DNA from: an uncultured Flavobacteriales bacterium
GTDB taxonomy: Bacteria; Bacteroidota; Bacteroidia; Flavobacteriales_D; Crocinitomicaceae
Length of the DNA stretch: 64,000 nucleotides
NCBI GenBank assembly: GCA_937876195.1
Contig: CALEIK010000016.1
Span: 33,358-97,357 of the forward strand
Reading direction: 5' to 3'
Shown here piece after piece: positions 19,587 through 28,367 of this stretch. The stretch's first letter is position 1. Every line of letters begins with the position of its first letter. The notes beneath the pieces were generated by a model. It saw only the letters and a program-made list of their open reading frames with translations. It had not been told where the DNA came from and ran no database searches. Position numbers and translations under genes: made by a program.

Positions 19587-20207
19587 ATGAAAAAATTCCT
19601 TATTTCATTGCTGCTATTGCCTTTTATAGGATATAGTCAGCCGCTTGCAATCAAAAAGAACCAAAGTGGTATTTTCTCTTTGGGTGTCCGCACCACACTT
19701 AGCACGTTCAACCATGGGAGTTATGGTAACAATGGACTTGGAGTAGGAGGGCAGTTTCGATTGCAATTTGCCAACCGATTAAATACCGACTGGTTTTTCG
19801 ATTACATTACATCGCCCATTGACGATCTTGGTACAAGAACAGATTACCACGTGGGATGGAGCGTCATGTACTACTTCACGGATAAACAAACTCCGTTAAT
19901 TAAGCCTTATATTTTGGCTGGACATTGTTTCGACTATTCCGAATTGAAGGAACACCGTAATCCTCAGAACAAAGTAACGCGAGGAAGTTCTGCTGTACAG
20001 GCTGGAGCTGGGTTTCATCTAAACCTCTCCGAACGAATGGACATGTCGTTTGTTGCGCAATACATGATTCACTTAGGTGAAGATATACATGCCCATGAAC
20101 ACAATGGACAATTAGAATTTGAAAAGCACAAAGGTTCTGGTTTAGAAGGACACATGCTATTTCACATTGGTATTAACTACAAAATCGCTGACTTATGGGG
20201 AAAATAG
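19587..20207 (+). CDS. outer-membrane beta-barrel protein (small porin-like)
   Basis: 206 aa. Signal peptide (LLLLPFIGYSQ). Alternating aromatic/glycine beta-strand pattern. Confidence 0.65.
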   Translation: MKKFLISLLLLPFIGYSQPLAIKKNQSGIFSLGVRTTLSTFNHGSYGNNGLGVGGQFRLQFANRLNTDWFFDYITSPIDDLGTRTDYHVGWSVMYYFTDKQTPLIKPYILAGHCFDYSELKEHRNPQNKVTRGSSAVQAGAGFHLNLSERMDMSFVAQYMIHLGEDIHAHEHNGQLEFEKHKGSGLEGHMLFHIGINYKIADLWGK

Positions 20208-20764
20208 CAGGAATTGTGATTGTTTTACTGGCGTTTACAGTAAATGCACAAAAGGATATTTATGTTCGACCAGGATTGATTAGTGCTTCGACAACTATTT
20301 CTCCTACAATGATGTTGAACAGGGCTGAATCCAATTACTACATCTCTGGATTTTTGGAAGGGCGATTGGATGATCATCTTAGTTTTCGTGGAGAGTCACA
20401 CTTTTTTGTCGACGGAAATAAAGACATCAATTACTTCAAAAGCAATTTTAGAACGCATTTTGGTCTACAGTACCATCTTTCTAAAAACAATTTTGATGCG
20501 AACCTAGGTTTTTTACCAGGAGTAGCACTGATGGAAGTGAACAGTGACCTTGATATGAACGGAAGCAGATCGATGCGGGTGGTTCCTTCTTTTGGAATCA
20601 ACTTGGGTGTTTCTTATTACGTGTGGAAGTTTTTTCACTTTTTTGGAAATGTCTCATACTTCAATTCATCGGTGAAGGGACTTTCATCACCTAATGCGAA
20701 GTCGGATGAAATTATGATTTCGGCAGGATTGGGATACAACATCAATCTGATTCGAAAAAAATAG
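20195..20764 (+). CDS. outer-membrane beta-barrel protein
   Basis: 189 aa. Signal peptide (VLLAFTVNAQ). Beta-strand-rich. 13-nt overlap with the upstream OMP gene. Confidence 0.6.
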   Translation: MGKIAGIVIVLLAFTVNAQKDIYVRPGLISASTTISPTMMLNRAESNYYISGFLEGRLDDHLSFRGESHFFVDGNKDINYFKSNFRTHFGLQYHLSKNNFDANLGFLPGVALMEVNSDLDMNGSRSMRVVPSFGINLGVSYYVWKFFHFFGNVSYFNSSVKGLSSPNAKSDEIMISAGLGYNINLIRKK

Positions 20765-20797
20765 AAAAAAGGTTCAGTGAAGACTGGACCTTTTTTT
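20765..20797. terminator. intrinsic terminator (A-tract/hairpin/T-tract)
   Basis: aaaaaaGGTTCAGtgaagaCTGGACCttttttt: 7-bp stem including one G-T pair, then T7. Confidence 0.65.
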
Positions 20798-20886
20798 AAT
20801 TAAAAGCGCTATGTTTTCCTCCAAAAATAAAGGGTTTTAAGCTGTTCAACCGATATCGTTTCGTATCTTTACCACTCTTAAAGCAA

Positions 20887-22218
20887 GTGTTTTTTATGAA
20901 ACAACTACCCATCGACAAAATACTCATTAACCCAATAAAGCGATTTATGAACAATACCGCCATGAGTGGTGTGGTGTTGTTTTCTGCTGTATTTGTGGCC
21001 TTAGTGATTGCAAATTCACCTTGGGCAGAAGGGTTTAATGCATTTTGGGAGATTGAGTTCTCGGTTGGTTTTGGTGAATCTGTTATTAGCAAAAGTTTGC
21101 ATCACTGGATCAACGATGGCTTGATGGCAGTATTTTTCTTTGTGGTGGGACTTGAACTCAAACGAGAAATTATCGGTGGAGAGCTAAGTCAACCTAAAAA
21201 TGCAGTCTTGCCCTTGGTTTCTGCGCTAGGAGGAATGTTAGTACCAGCCTTGTTATATTTTGCAATTAACAGCAGCGGTGAAGCATCGAATGGGTGGGGA
21301 ATTCCGATGGCAACTGATATTGCGTTCGCCTTGGGAATTTTGTACTTGCTGGGTGATAAAGTCCCATTGTCACTTAAAATATTCTTAACGGCCCTAGCCA
21401 TTGCAGATGATTTGGGTGCAGTGCTGGTGATCGCTATCTTTTACACATCTGAAATCGATTGGAGTAGTTTGATTGCAGGAGGCATATTTATGATCGTTCT
21501 GATTGTTTCAAACGTGATGGGTGTGAGAAATACCTTGTACTATGCCATCATCGGTATTGGAGGCGTATGGCTTGCATTTTTAATGTCGGGTGTTCACGCT
21601 ACAATTGCTGCAGTGCTTGCTGCGTTCACCATACCGGCGAATGTAAAAATAGGAGAGAGGGCGTTTTCTGAGCGGTTGAATTTGTTGTTGGAAAAGTTCA
21701 GGGCGACCGAGCCGAACAATGTTCCAACGGTGACGCCGAGACAGTCATATTTACTGGAGAGCATTCGAAATACAACAAAACACGCGTTGACCCCATTGCA
21801 ACGCCTAGAACATGCAATGCACCCATTGGTCGTATTTGTAATCATGCCCATCTTTGCGCTTTCCAATGCTGGTGTTGATTTATCTGGTGATTTAGCGACG
21901 CAAGTCCAGAGTCCTGTCACCATTGGTATTATGGTTGGACTGATCTTCGGGAAAGTTTTTGGCGTAGTCGGTTTCGCGTACGTCATGATCAAATTAAAAT
22001 GGGCAGCTTTGCCAGAAGGAATGAATATGCGACACCTGGTTGGAGCGGGATTTTTAGCGGCAATTGGTTTTACAATGTCGCTCTTTATTTCAGATTTGGC
22101 ATTTGTCACTCCAGAACTTGAGGCGCAGGCAAAACTTGGGATACTAGTAGCATCCGTGTTCTCAGGGTTGATTGGCTTCTTAATTATTCGTTGGGCCAAT
22201 AAAAAAGCCTCTACCTAA
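20887..22218 (+). CDS. nhaA: Na+/H+ antiporter NhaA
   Basis: 443 aa, ~12 TM. NhaA signature regions (WINDGLMAVFFFVVGLELKRE, ALAIADDLGAV). The start could instead be the ATG at 20896. Confidence 0.92.
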   Translation: MFFMKQLPIDKILINPIKRFMNNTAMSGVVLFSAVFVALVIANSPWAEGFNAFWEIEFSVGFGESVISKSLHHWINDGLMAVFFFVVGLELKREIIGGELSQPKNAVLPLVSALGGMLVPALLYFAINSSGEASNGWGIPMATDIAFALGILYLLGDKVPLSLKIFLTALAIADDLGAVLVIAIFYTSEIDWSSLIAGGIFMIVLIVSNVMGVRNTLYYAIIGIGGVWLAFLMSGVHATIAAVLAAFTIPANVKIGERAFSERLNLLLEKFRATEPNNVPTVTPRQSYLLESIRNTTKHALTPLQRLEHAMHPLVVFVIMPIFALSNAGVDLSGDLATQVQSPVTIGIMVGLIFGKVFGVVGFAYVMIKLKWAALPEGMNMRHLVGAGFLAAIGFTMSLFISDLAFVTPELEAQAKLGILVASVFSGLIGFLIIRWANKKAST

Positions 22219-22261
22219 GGCAGAAGCTTTCATTGAATCACACCGTTTAAAGTGCAATCAC

Positions 22262-22483
22262 CTATTTTTTTGCGATAGAGCAAGATACTTGTGGAAATTC
22301 CTCTTTTGCATCTGCCTCATATTCTGAACATTTGCTTTCAGCGTCAGCTTTCTTAACACTAGAATACGTTTCTACGACTAAAGTGAATCCGCTAGATGTA
22401 CAATTACATGTATAGTCCTTTTTACAAGAAGCTAGAGCAATCACTGCCAGAAAGCTTAGCGCTACTATTTTCGTTAATTTCAT
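22262..22483 (-). CDS. small Cys-containing lipoprotein, hypothetical
   Basis: 73 aa. Lipobox LASC. Confidence 0.55.
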   Translation of the reverse strand: MKLTKIVALSFLAVIALASCKKDYTCNCTSSGFTLVVETYSSVKKADAESKCSEYEADAKEEFPQVSCSIAKK

Positions 22484-22535
22484 AGTTTTTTTTGATGCAA
22501 TTTACAAATTTTTAGAATAAATCGACAATACTCAA

Positions 22536-22874
22536 TTACAGTGTGCCATATTCTTCCTGTAGGTATCCGCCGATTTCTTTTTCAAATTTTTTCAATCCTG
22601 AGTGAAATGCAGCGAAGTAAATAATCAAAGGAATCAAAATACCAAGAAGGACCAATGAAACGGCAAACAACATGGAACCTCCCATCGTCGGGAAATTTCC
22701 TGCCACAATAATTCTATTTTTTCGAATCAATATATTGGCACCAACGGTAGACGACTGGCTTCCGATTAAGACTTGTTTCCCTCTCATTTTGAATGTATAA
22801 TTGGGAAATCGATTTTCTAGTTTTTGTTGTAATTCTGGGTAGCTAACAGCTCCATTTGTAATGTCTATTTTCAT
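22536..22874 (-). CDS. hypothetical membrane protein
   Basis: 112 aa. One long hydrophobic segment (MLFAVSLVLLGILIPLIIYFAAF). Confidence 0.5.
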   Translation of the reverse strand: MKIDITNGAVSYPELQQKLENRFPNYTFKMRGKQVLIGSQSSTVGANILIRKNRIIVAGNFPTMGGSMLFAVSLVLLGILIPLIIYFAAFHSGLKKFEKEIGGYLQEEYGTL

Positions 22875-23034
22875 AATAAGTGGTTTTTTAGAGCGCTAAT
22901 ATACTGAATTTGTGTTCATTCTTACTGCACTTTTGTTGAGTTGAATGAATTCAACCTAATTTGATTACATACCTCATTTACCACTTTTTGAATGGAGCCA
23001 AAGTGTAATCCCGTTTTAAGCAACAAAATAGAAG

Positions 23035-23084
23035 AAGCCTTATTACTTCACGAAATTGAATTCACCTCTGCCAACAATGCATGA
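23035..23084 (-). pseudogene. relic of the 3' end of a second serine-hydrolase (beta-lactamase family) gene copy
   Basis: The minus strand reads ...GRGEFNFVK* (stop at 23043-23045), matching the ...GGGEFNFVKE* end of the intact gene at 23623. DNA similarity continues a few bases past the stop. An in-frame TGA lies 3 codons upstream of the match. Confidence 0.6.
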
Positions 23085-23132
23085 TGTTATTCAATGAGCT
23101 AAATGCATCGATATTTTACAAATGACACAGAA

Positions 23133-23531
23133 CTACTGAACCGTGTCTGTTACTAGTACTGTTCCGCTAATGGGACAATAAGTAGTATTTGTCTTTAGTA
23201 TTTCTCCGTCCACTTTTATGGTAGCAGTTACTGAAGCGGCAGATCCAGATTGATTCTGAGCTGCAATTAATGCAACAAATCCTGATTGAACATCTAATTC
23301 AACAAACCAACCTGTTGACTCTCCGCTTAATGCAATTTGTTCCTCGTTTTCTGTGTAATAAACAACATAGCACTCAGGACAATCTATCTCATATCGAAGC
23401 GTTTTATCTGGTTCTGCTTGTTCAACCTCTGGTTCAATATTCGGATTCAAATCGTCCTTTTTACATCCTATACTAAATAGAATACTGGAGGATAAAAGAA
23501 GGCAAGCGGAATAATTTATTCGTCTTTTCAT
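23133..23531 (-). CDS. hypothetical lipoprotein
   Basis: 132 aa. Lipobox FSIGC. Confidence 0.6.
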   Translation of the reverse strand: MKRRINYSACLLLSSSILFSIGCKKDDLNPNIEPEVEQAEPDKTLRYEIDCPECYVVYYTENEEQIALSGESTGWFVELDVQSGFVALIAAQNQSGSAASVTATIKVDGEILKTNTTYCPISGTVLVTDTVQ

Positions 23532-23622
23532 AGTAGTAGTTTTTTACTATGACGAAAAGCCAAACTTTCTAGTTGCATTTAGGGTTAAAAGTGGAAAAAT
23601 TTTCAACTATAATGAAGATTTC

Positions 23623-24954
23623 TTATTCCTTCACAAAATTAAATTCACCTCCGCCTTGTTTTAAAAGCAATGCGTTCTTTTCTGGATCAAATATGATAAC
23701 AACTCCAGCTCTGTCAAATGTGAAGGTGTCTTTATCAATTGCATCTAAGTGTAATGCTTGCTGTCCCGTTGCTTGTGCAATCAACGAATTCCCATCATTG
23801 GTAATCGTCAATTTTAATGGCAAATCGGTGGTAGCGTAAGTCCCTAAGTATTTTTGCAAATCTGCTTCAGTCACTTCATACGATTTAAATTCTGGAAAGT
23901 CATAGGAAACATTATAAACCACACTTAAAACGGCACGAGCAATTTCGTTGTTGTTGTAATTGGTTCCATTGCTTAGCAACGTCAAGCATACATTCGTTTC
24001 TGGAAAATAGACAAACATTGAAGTGAAGCCGTCAATGGCACCCGTATGTCCAAAACCTTCGTTTTCATAAAATGGAATTGGAAAAACACCTCTTCCAAAG
24101 TTATCTTTCAGGGAAGTCATTTGTTCTAGGCTCTCTTTCGAGATGATTTTCCCCAGGAATAGCGCTTGAGCGAATTGATTCAAGTCCGTTGCGGTTGAAA
24201 CGACAGCTCCAGCACCCATTGGAACGGACATATCCGTTTCACTTTCCTTTTCCCATTTGCTTGAAAAACTGTAGGAATAACACTCGTCGTTTGTAGGGTC
24301 AATTTTCGCTCCATAATACGTGTCTTTCAATCCTAAAGGAGTAGTAATTTTTTCTTCCAGCAATTCGGAATAGGTCTTATCGTATACATTTTGTAGAATG
24401 AATGACAGTAAAATATAGTTGGAATTGCTGTATTCAAATTTGCTGTCTGGTTCAAATTTACTTCTACCTGCAATCATTTTATCGATGAGCTCCTGTTCGC
24501 TTATTGGTTGCGTGTTCCATTCCAAATAATCTTCATCATCCGTAACGCTATGAATTCCACTTCGGTGGTACAATAGCTGATCGATGGTTATAGTAGCTGC
24601 ATTTTCAATGGTTGGGAAATAGTTGCTAAGTGGCTCACTCAGCTCAATTTTATTTTCTTCAACCGCTTTTAGCACTAAAACAGCAGTAAAGGTTTTAGAA
24701 ATAGATCCAATTCGGTACTTTGATTTCTCGCTTGCCATCGTTTTATTTTCTACATCAGCAGATCCGATTGATTTTGTATAAATCCATTCCCCGTCGCGAG
24801 ATACAGCAATACTTCCCATGAACTTATTATGTGTTTCAAGGTTGTTCAGATAATTGTCTAACTGACTTTTGTCAACTTCTTGCGAGAAGCAATACGCGCT
24901 TGATACGACAAGCAGGATGATTTGAATGAGGTTTTTTTTCATAATTAGATGCAT
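23623..24954 (-). CDS. serine hydrolase, beta-lactamase/PBP4* family
   Basis: 443 aa. SxxK motif in RIGSISKTFTA, plus YSNSNY. Signal peptide. The likely true start is MKKNL at 24942. Confidence 0.85.
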   Translation of the reverse strand: MHLIMKKNLIQIILLVVSSAYCFSQEVDKSQLDNYLNNLETHNKFMGSIAVSRDGEWIYTKSIGSADVENKTMASEKSKYRIGSISKTFTAVLVLKAVEENKIELSEPLSNYFPTIENAATITIDQLLYHRSGIHSVTDDEDYLEWNTQPISEQELIDKMIAGRSKFEPDSKFEYSNSNYILLSFILQNVYDKTYSELLEEKITTPLGLKDTYYGAKIDPTNDECYSYSFSSKWEKESETDMSVPMGAGAVVSTATDLNQFAQALFLGKIISKESLEQMTSLKDNFGRGVFPIPFYENEGFGHTGAIDGFTSMFVYFPETNVCLTLLSNGTNYNNNEIARAVLSVVYNVSYDFPEFKSYEVTEADLQKYLGTYATTDLPLKLTITNDGNSLIAQATGQQALHLDAIDKDTFTFDRAGVVIIFDPEKNALLLKQGGGEFNFVKE

Positions 24955-25173
24955 TAGTTTTTAAAGTAGTTACACGTTAGACAGTATGCTAGGGTGAAAA
25001 GTTACAGAATAATAACTTACTGTGGTGCAACATCATGGTGAGAAATTGATCGGAAATAGTTTTGATCTTAACGAATGGTGTCTGTTCAGCTAGGAAATTA
25101 AACAGTTAAGCGATTAGAATCTTTGTTTGAGCGAATTATTCTACGTACTACTTTTTTAGTTCGCCAATTGACC

Positions 25174-25181
25174 TACATTTG
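25174..25181 (+). promoter_or_regulatory. Bacteroidota-type -7 box (TAnnTTTG)
   Basis: TACATTTG lies 13 nt upstream of the ATG at 25194. Confidence 0.35.
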
Positions 25182-25193
25182 TTCCTCGAATAA

Positions 25194-25595
25194 ATGAAGG
25201 CGGAACTAGAAATATTGAAAGAAAGAGAAACATCTCATGGAGTAGTGGAATTGAGATCTGATAATATTTTAGCTTTTAGACCTGACTTAACTTCATTTAA
25301 AGAATATGACCTCCAAGTATTAGAAGATCTCCTTGAAGTATTTATAGAAATTTCCGATGGGATACCAAGACCTTATTTATGTGATAATAGGCATATTACT
25401 GGTATAATTAATAGAGATGAACAGGCATATATAAATGAACACTTTGAAAGCTTTGCGACCCGCGCCGCGATGATTACCCATTCGAATTTAATCAGGGTAC
25501 TATTAAATGGATATAATTCCATTTTCAAGCCAAAAGTGGAATTGAAACTATTCGGTTCTGAAAAAGACGCCGTAAAATGGCTCTTAATGAATTAG
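25194..25595 (+). CDS. hypothetical protein (STAS/SpoIIAA-like fold suspected)
   Basis: 133-aa ORF with ATG start. No catalytic motif. The fold assignment is tentative. Confidence 0.5.
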   Translation: MKAELEILKERETSHGVVELRSDNILAFRPDLTSFKEYDLQVLEDLLEVFIEISDGIPRPYLCDNRHITGIINRDEQAYINEHFESFATRAAMITHSNLIRVLLNGYNSIFKPKVELKLFGSEKDAVKWLLMN

Positions 25596-25619
25596 GGAGG
25601 TATATTGTTTATATTCAGA

Positions 25620-25956
25620 ATCAAAAAAAGCGTCAGCTTTTGACCGCCGAAGGCAGCAACGCAGTTAACACTGAGGTCCGAACGGGAATTTCGGTAGACC
25701 GATGGAAAGTTCGCACCGCCGAAGGATGGACAGGTCCGTACATTCTAGACCTTTGGTCGGGATGACAAAGAAAAAGCGATAGCTTTTGAAGACTGCAGCA
25801 AGAGCTTTAGCTCGCCCGCGGAAGGAAAGTCCGTACATTCTAGACCTTTGGTCGGGATGACAAAGAGAAAACGCTAGTTTTCGAAGACTGCAGCAAGAGC
25901 TTTAGCTCGCCCGCGGAAGGAAAGTCCGTACATTCTAGACTTTAGTCGGGATGACA
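25620..25956. repeat. tandem units derived from the tRNA-Pro 3' end plus trailer: 95 bp (25734-25828), 95 bp (25829-25923), a partial unit fused to the tRNA (25924-25956), and a longer diverged unit (~25620-25733)
   Basis: Units 1 and 2 are identical at 90 of 95 positions. Each contains tcgggatgaca, the complement of tRNA positions 63-73. Period is exactly 95 bp. Confidence 0.95.
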
Positions 25957-26018
25957 GGACTTGAACCTGCGACTTCTCGCCCCCCAGACGAGTACTCTAC
26001 CAACTGAGCTACATCCCG
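25946..26018 (-). tRNA. tRNA-Pro (anticodon GGG), CCA not encoded
   Basis: Manual cloverleaf, 73 nt. Acceptor CGGGATG/CATCCCG with C1-G72 and A73 (bacterial tRNA-Pro identity). D arm GCTC-AGTTGGTA-GAGT. Anticodon arm CTCGT-CTGGGGG-GCGAG (GGG, G37). T arm GCAGG-TTCAAGT-CCTGT. Confidence 0.95.
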
Positions 26019-26075
26019 AAAAAAAAAAGACTCCCACCTGTAGCAAGAGCCTTCCTTGTATATTTAGTTTATTGA

Positions 26076-26954
26076 CTAAGCTGTTACACCCATTACTTCG
26101 GCCATTTTCGCACCAATCTGAGCTGGGGAGTCCACTACGTGGATTCCACATTCTCTCATGATCCGTTTTTTCGCCTCAGCTGTATCATCATCACCACCAA
26201 CAATTGCACCAGCGTGCCCCATTGTACGTCCTTTAGGTGCAGTTTCTCCAGCGATAAATCCAACCACAGGTTTATGTGCATTTTCCTTGATCCAACGAGC
26301 AGCAATTGCTTCCAAGTTACCACCAATCTCACCAATCATAACGATTCCTTCAGTTTCTGGATCGTTCATCAACAATTCAACCGCTTCTTTGGTAGTTGTT
26401 CCAATGATTGGATCTCCACCGATTCCGATGGCTGTTGTAATTCCCAATCCAGCTTTTGCGACTTGATCCGCTGCTTCGTAGGTCAACGTTCCTGACTTAG
26501 AAACAATTCCAATTTTTCCCTTTTTGAAGACAAACCCAGGCATGATTCCCACTTTTGCTTCTCCCGCAGTAATTACACCAGGGCAATTAGGTCCAATCAA
26601 TCGACAATCGTATTGAGAAATATATTCTTTTGCTTTCACCATGTCGTTTACTGGAATTCCTTCCGTAATACACACAATCACTTTAATTCCTGCGTTCGCC
26701 GCTTCCATAATTGCATCCGCCGCAAATGCTGGAGGAACAAAAATAATAGAAGTGTTTGCTCCTTTTTCTTTCACAGCATCAGCTACTGTATTAAAAACTG
26801 GTCGATCTAAGTGTGTTTGACCTCCTTTACCAGGAGTTACACCACCAACAACGTTTGTTCCATACTCAATCATCTGACCGGCGTGAAAGGTTCCTTCACT
26901 TCCAGTAAAACCTTGAACAATTACCTTAGAATCCTTATTTACTAATACACTCAT
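26076..26954 (-). CDS. sucD: succinate--CoA ligase subunit alpha
   Basis: 292 aa. [20 protein letters not shown], catalytic-His region MGHAGAI. Confidence 0.96.
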   Translation of the reverse strand: MSVLVNKDSKVIVQGFTGSEGTFHAGQMIEYGTNVVGGVTPGKGGQTHLDRPVFNTVADAVKEKGANTSIIFVPPAFAADAIMEAANAGIKVIVCITEGIPVNDMVKAKEYISQYDCRLIGPNCPGVITAGEAKVGIMPGFVFKKGKIGIVSKSGTLTYEAADQVAKAGLGITTAIGIGGDPIIGTTTKEAVELLMNDPETEGIVMIGEIGGNLEAIAARWIKENAHKPVVGFIAGETAPKGRTMGHAGAIVGGDDDTAEAKKRIMRECGIHVVDSPAQIGAKMAEVMGVTA

Positions 26955-27039
26955 GCTTGTTTTTTTAGAATTAATTTTAATTCGCTTTCAAAAGTAAAAA
27001 AAACTTGGTTTTAATTGCAGGTGTTGGGGAATTAAATTT

Positions 27040-27483
27040 TCAATACGTTTCGAGAACCTCCATCGTAAACACAATAATCGAATTCGGTGGAATATCATCC
27101 AGCTGGTGCGTACCATATCCCAGGTGCGGTGGTGCGACTAAATACGCTTTTCCTCCTTCGTTCAGCATAAGCATAATTTCCTGCCATGCGGCGATGAGGA
27201 CTTTTACATCAAATTCGACAGGTTCGGTGCGGTGATCGAAAACGGTTCCATCCAACAATTCTCCCTTGTAGGTGAATTTGACTTTATCGTTGAACTTGAT
27301 TTTTCGTCCTTCTCCTTGCTCAATAATATGAAAGTAAAGTCCAGAAGCCGAGCGCTCACAGACTTTGTTGTTCCTTTTGAGATAAGTTTCAATCTGCTTA
27401 TCGAAGCTTTGTTTATCGTCTTCGGAATAGGTTTTACAGGCTGTTAGGATTAAAACCGTCAAGGCTAAAACGAAGTATTTCAT
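27040..27483 (-). CDS. FKBP-type peptidyl-prolyl cis-trans isomerase lipoprotein
   Basis: 147 aa. Lipobox LTAC. FKBP core YKGELLDGTVFD...GYG...IPPNSIIVF. Confidence 0.85.
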   Translation of the reverse strand: MKYFVLALTVLILTACKTYSEDDKQSFDKQIETYLKRNNKVCERSASGLYFHIIEQGEGRKIKFNDKVKFTYKGELLDGTVFDHRTEPVEFDVKVLIAAWQEIMLMLNEGGKAYLVAPPHLGYGTHQLDDIPPNSIIVFTMEVLETY

Positions 27484-28367
27484 AATTTAATTGGAGTTAA
27501 TGTGTATCCTTCTTTTTCCAACAAGCGAATTACGCCATTCGGTCCACCGAGGTGACCTGCACCAACGGCAATAAAGGTGTTCTTTTCACCTATGATTTGT
27601 TCGATTTTTGGAATCCACTTCTTATTGCGATTATCAAGGAAATTGGCTTGCTCATCTTGAATGACTCCACCTTCGTCGAGTACCAATAAATACATTTCAT
27701 CGATCTGCTGAGAATGATACACTACTTGCAATTCCTTGACCAGCTCAATGGACTTCTCACCAGTGCGAATGCTTTCCATCACCATTTCCGTTTGCTGTTG
27801 GGGAGTCAGGTTGTCGAATAAACTCATTTGTTCTGCAATGGTTTCCAATCCAATAATTTCAATGTCCGCTGAGTTAGCAAGCTCTTCAAACGATAACTCG
27901 TAGGATTCTGTCTTACCGATAAAGTGCAATTGTACTGCCAATTGAGTGACAGCAAAGGGCTTCATGTTGGAAAAGGATGCACGAAATGCTGTTTCTTCCA
28001 TTCCAAATTTAGCTTTTGCCCATCGAAGAATGGTGTCGGTTTGTTCTGGACTGAAATAATCAAAAAATGATCCTTCCTCGAGCATGATGTAGCCTATCGC
28101 TTCCTCCTGATCGGGTAATCCCTCAAGCTCCATGACTAGCGCATCTGACTTCTTCACAATTTTCTGAAGCTTCTTTGGAAAGATAAAATAGTCCTTCTCA
28201 ATCAAGTGCATGGTTCCGAATAAGTAGGCATCACCTTTGACGTTTTTACCACTTATTTTCCACAAGAGAGAGCTTTCCTCCATGGGGAATTTTGTCACAT
28301 TCTCTTGTGCGTAGAAGAGTTGTATAAACCCTGTGAAAAACAGTAAGATAAGCGCTTTCAATTTCAT
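27480..28367 (-). CDS. TraB/GumN family protein
   Basis: 295 aa. Signal peptide. LFGTMHL and AVGAGHLGG motifs of the family. Confidence 0.8.
   Translation of the reverse strand: MKLKALILLFFTGFIQLFYAQENVTKFPMEESSLLWKISGKNVKGDAYLFGTMHLIEKDYFIFPKKLQKIVKKSDALVMELEGLPDQEEAIGYIMLEEGSFFDYFSPEQTDTILRWAKAKFGMEETAFRASFSNMKPFAVTQLAVQLHFIGKTESYELSFEELANSADIEIIGLETIAEQMSLFDNLTPQQQTEMVMESIRTGEKSIELVKELQVVYHSQQIDEMYLLVLDEGGVIQDEQANFLDNRNKKWIPKIEQIIGEKNTFIAVGAGHLGGPNGVIRLLEKEGYTLTPIKL

Noticed and set aside
21594-22199. 201-aa antisense ORF inside nhaA. Similar long shadow ORFs occur at 16260-16682, 34204-34635, 43044-43472 and 61151-61531.
   Set aside because: They are fully embedded antisense, or spanning, in strongly supported genes. 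They have low-complexity composition and no motifs, which is typical of shadow ORFs.
25577-25765. 62-aa ORF (MALNELGRY...) running from the end of the STAS-like gene into the tRNA-associated repeats
   Set aside because: It lies entirely in repeat and hairpin sequence, has no plausible promoter or domain, and its frame is not preserved in the neighbouring repeat units. Treated as non-coding.
25754-25862. Plus-strand TGGTCGGGATGACA is complementary to the CCA-bearing 3' end of tRNA-Pro, like a retroelement primer-binding site
   Set aside because: There is no reverse transcriptase, LTR or other retroelement feature in the window, and LTR-type priming is not known in bacteria. Att-scar or duplication origins are more parsimonious.
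25640-25930. Possible SRP (4.5S) RNA, suggested by the recurring CCGC(C/G)GAAGGA / GGAAGGAAAG strings
   Set aside because: I could not build the conserved helix-8 structure. The residues flanking the GGAA do not pair as in 4.5S RNA and the symmetric-loop motifs are missing. The motif is also part of a tandem repeat. An Infernal scan would settle it.
22262-26018. Integrated prophage, ICE or genomic island at tRNA-Pro
   Set aside because: There is no integrase, excisionase, transfer or phage gene anywhere nearby. The tRNA-end direct repeats are only 95 bp apart and enclose nothing.
25942-26161. ORFs 25942..26151 (-) and 25961..26161 (+) overlapping tRNA-Pro and the sucD 3' end
   Set aside because: They overlap a well-folding tRNA and the strongly supported sucD gene, so they are artefacts of six-frame translation.
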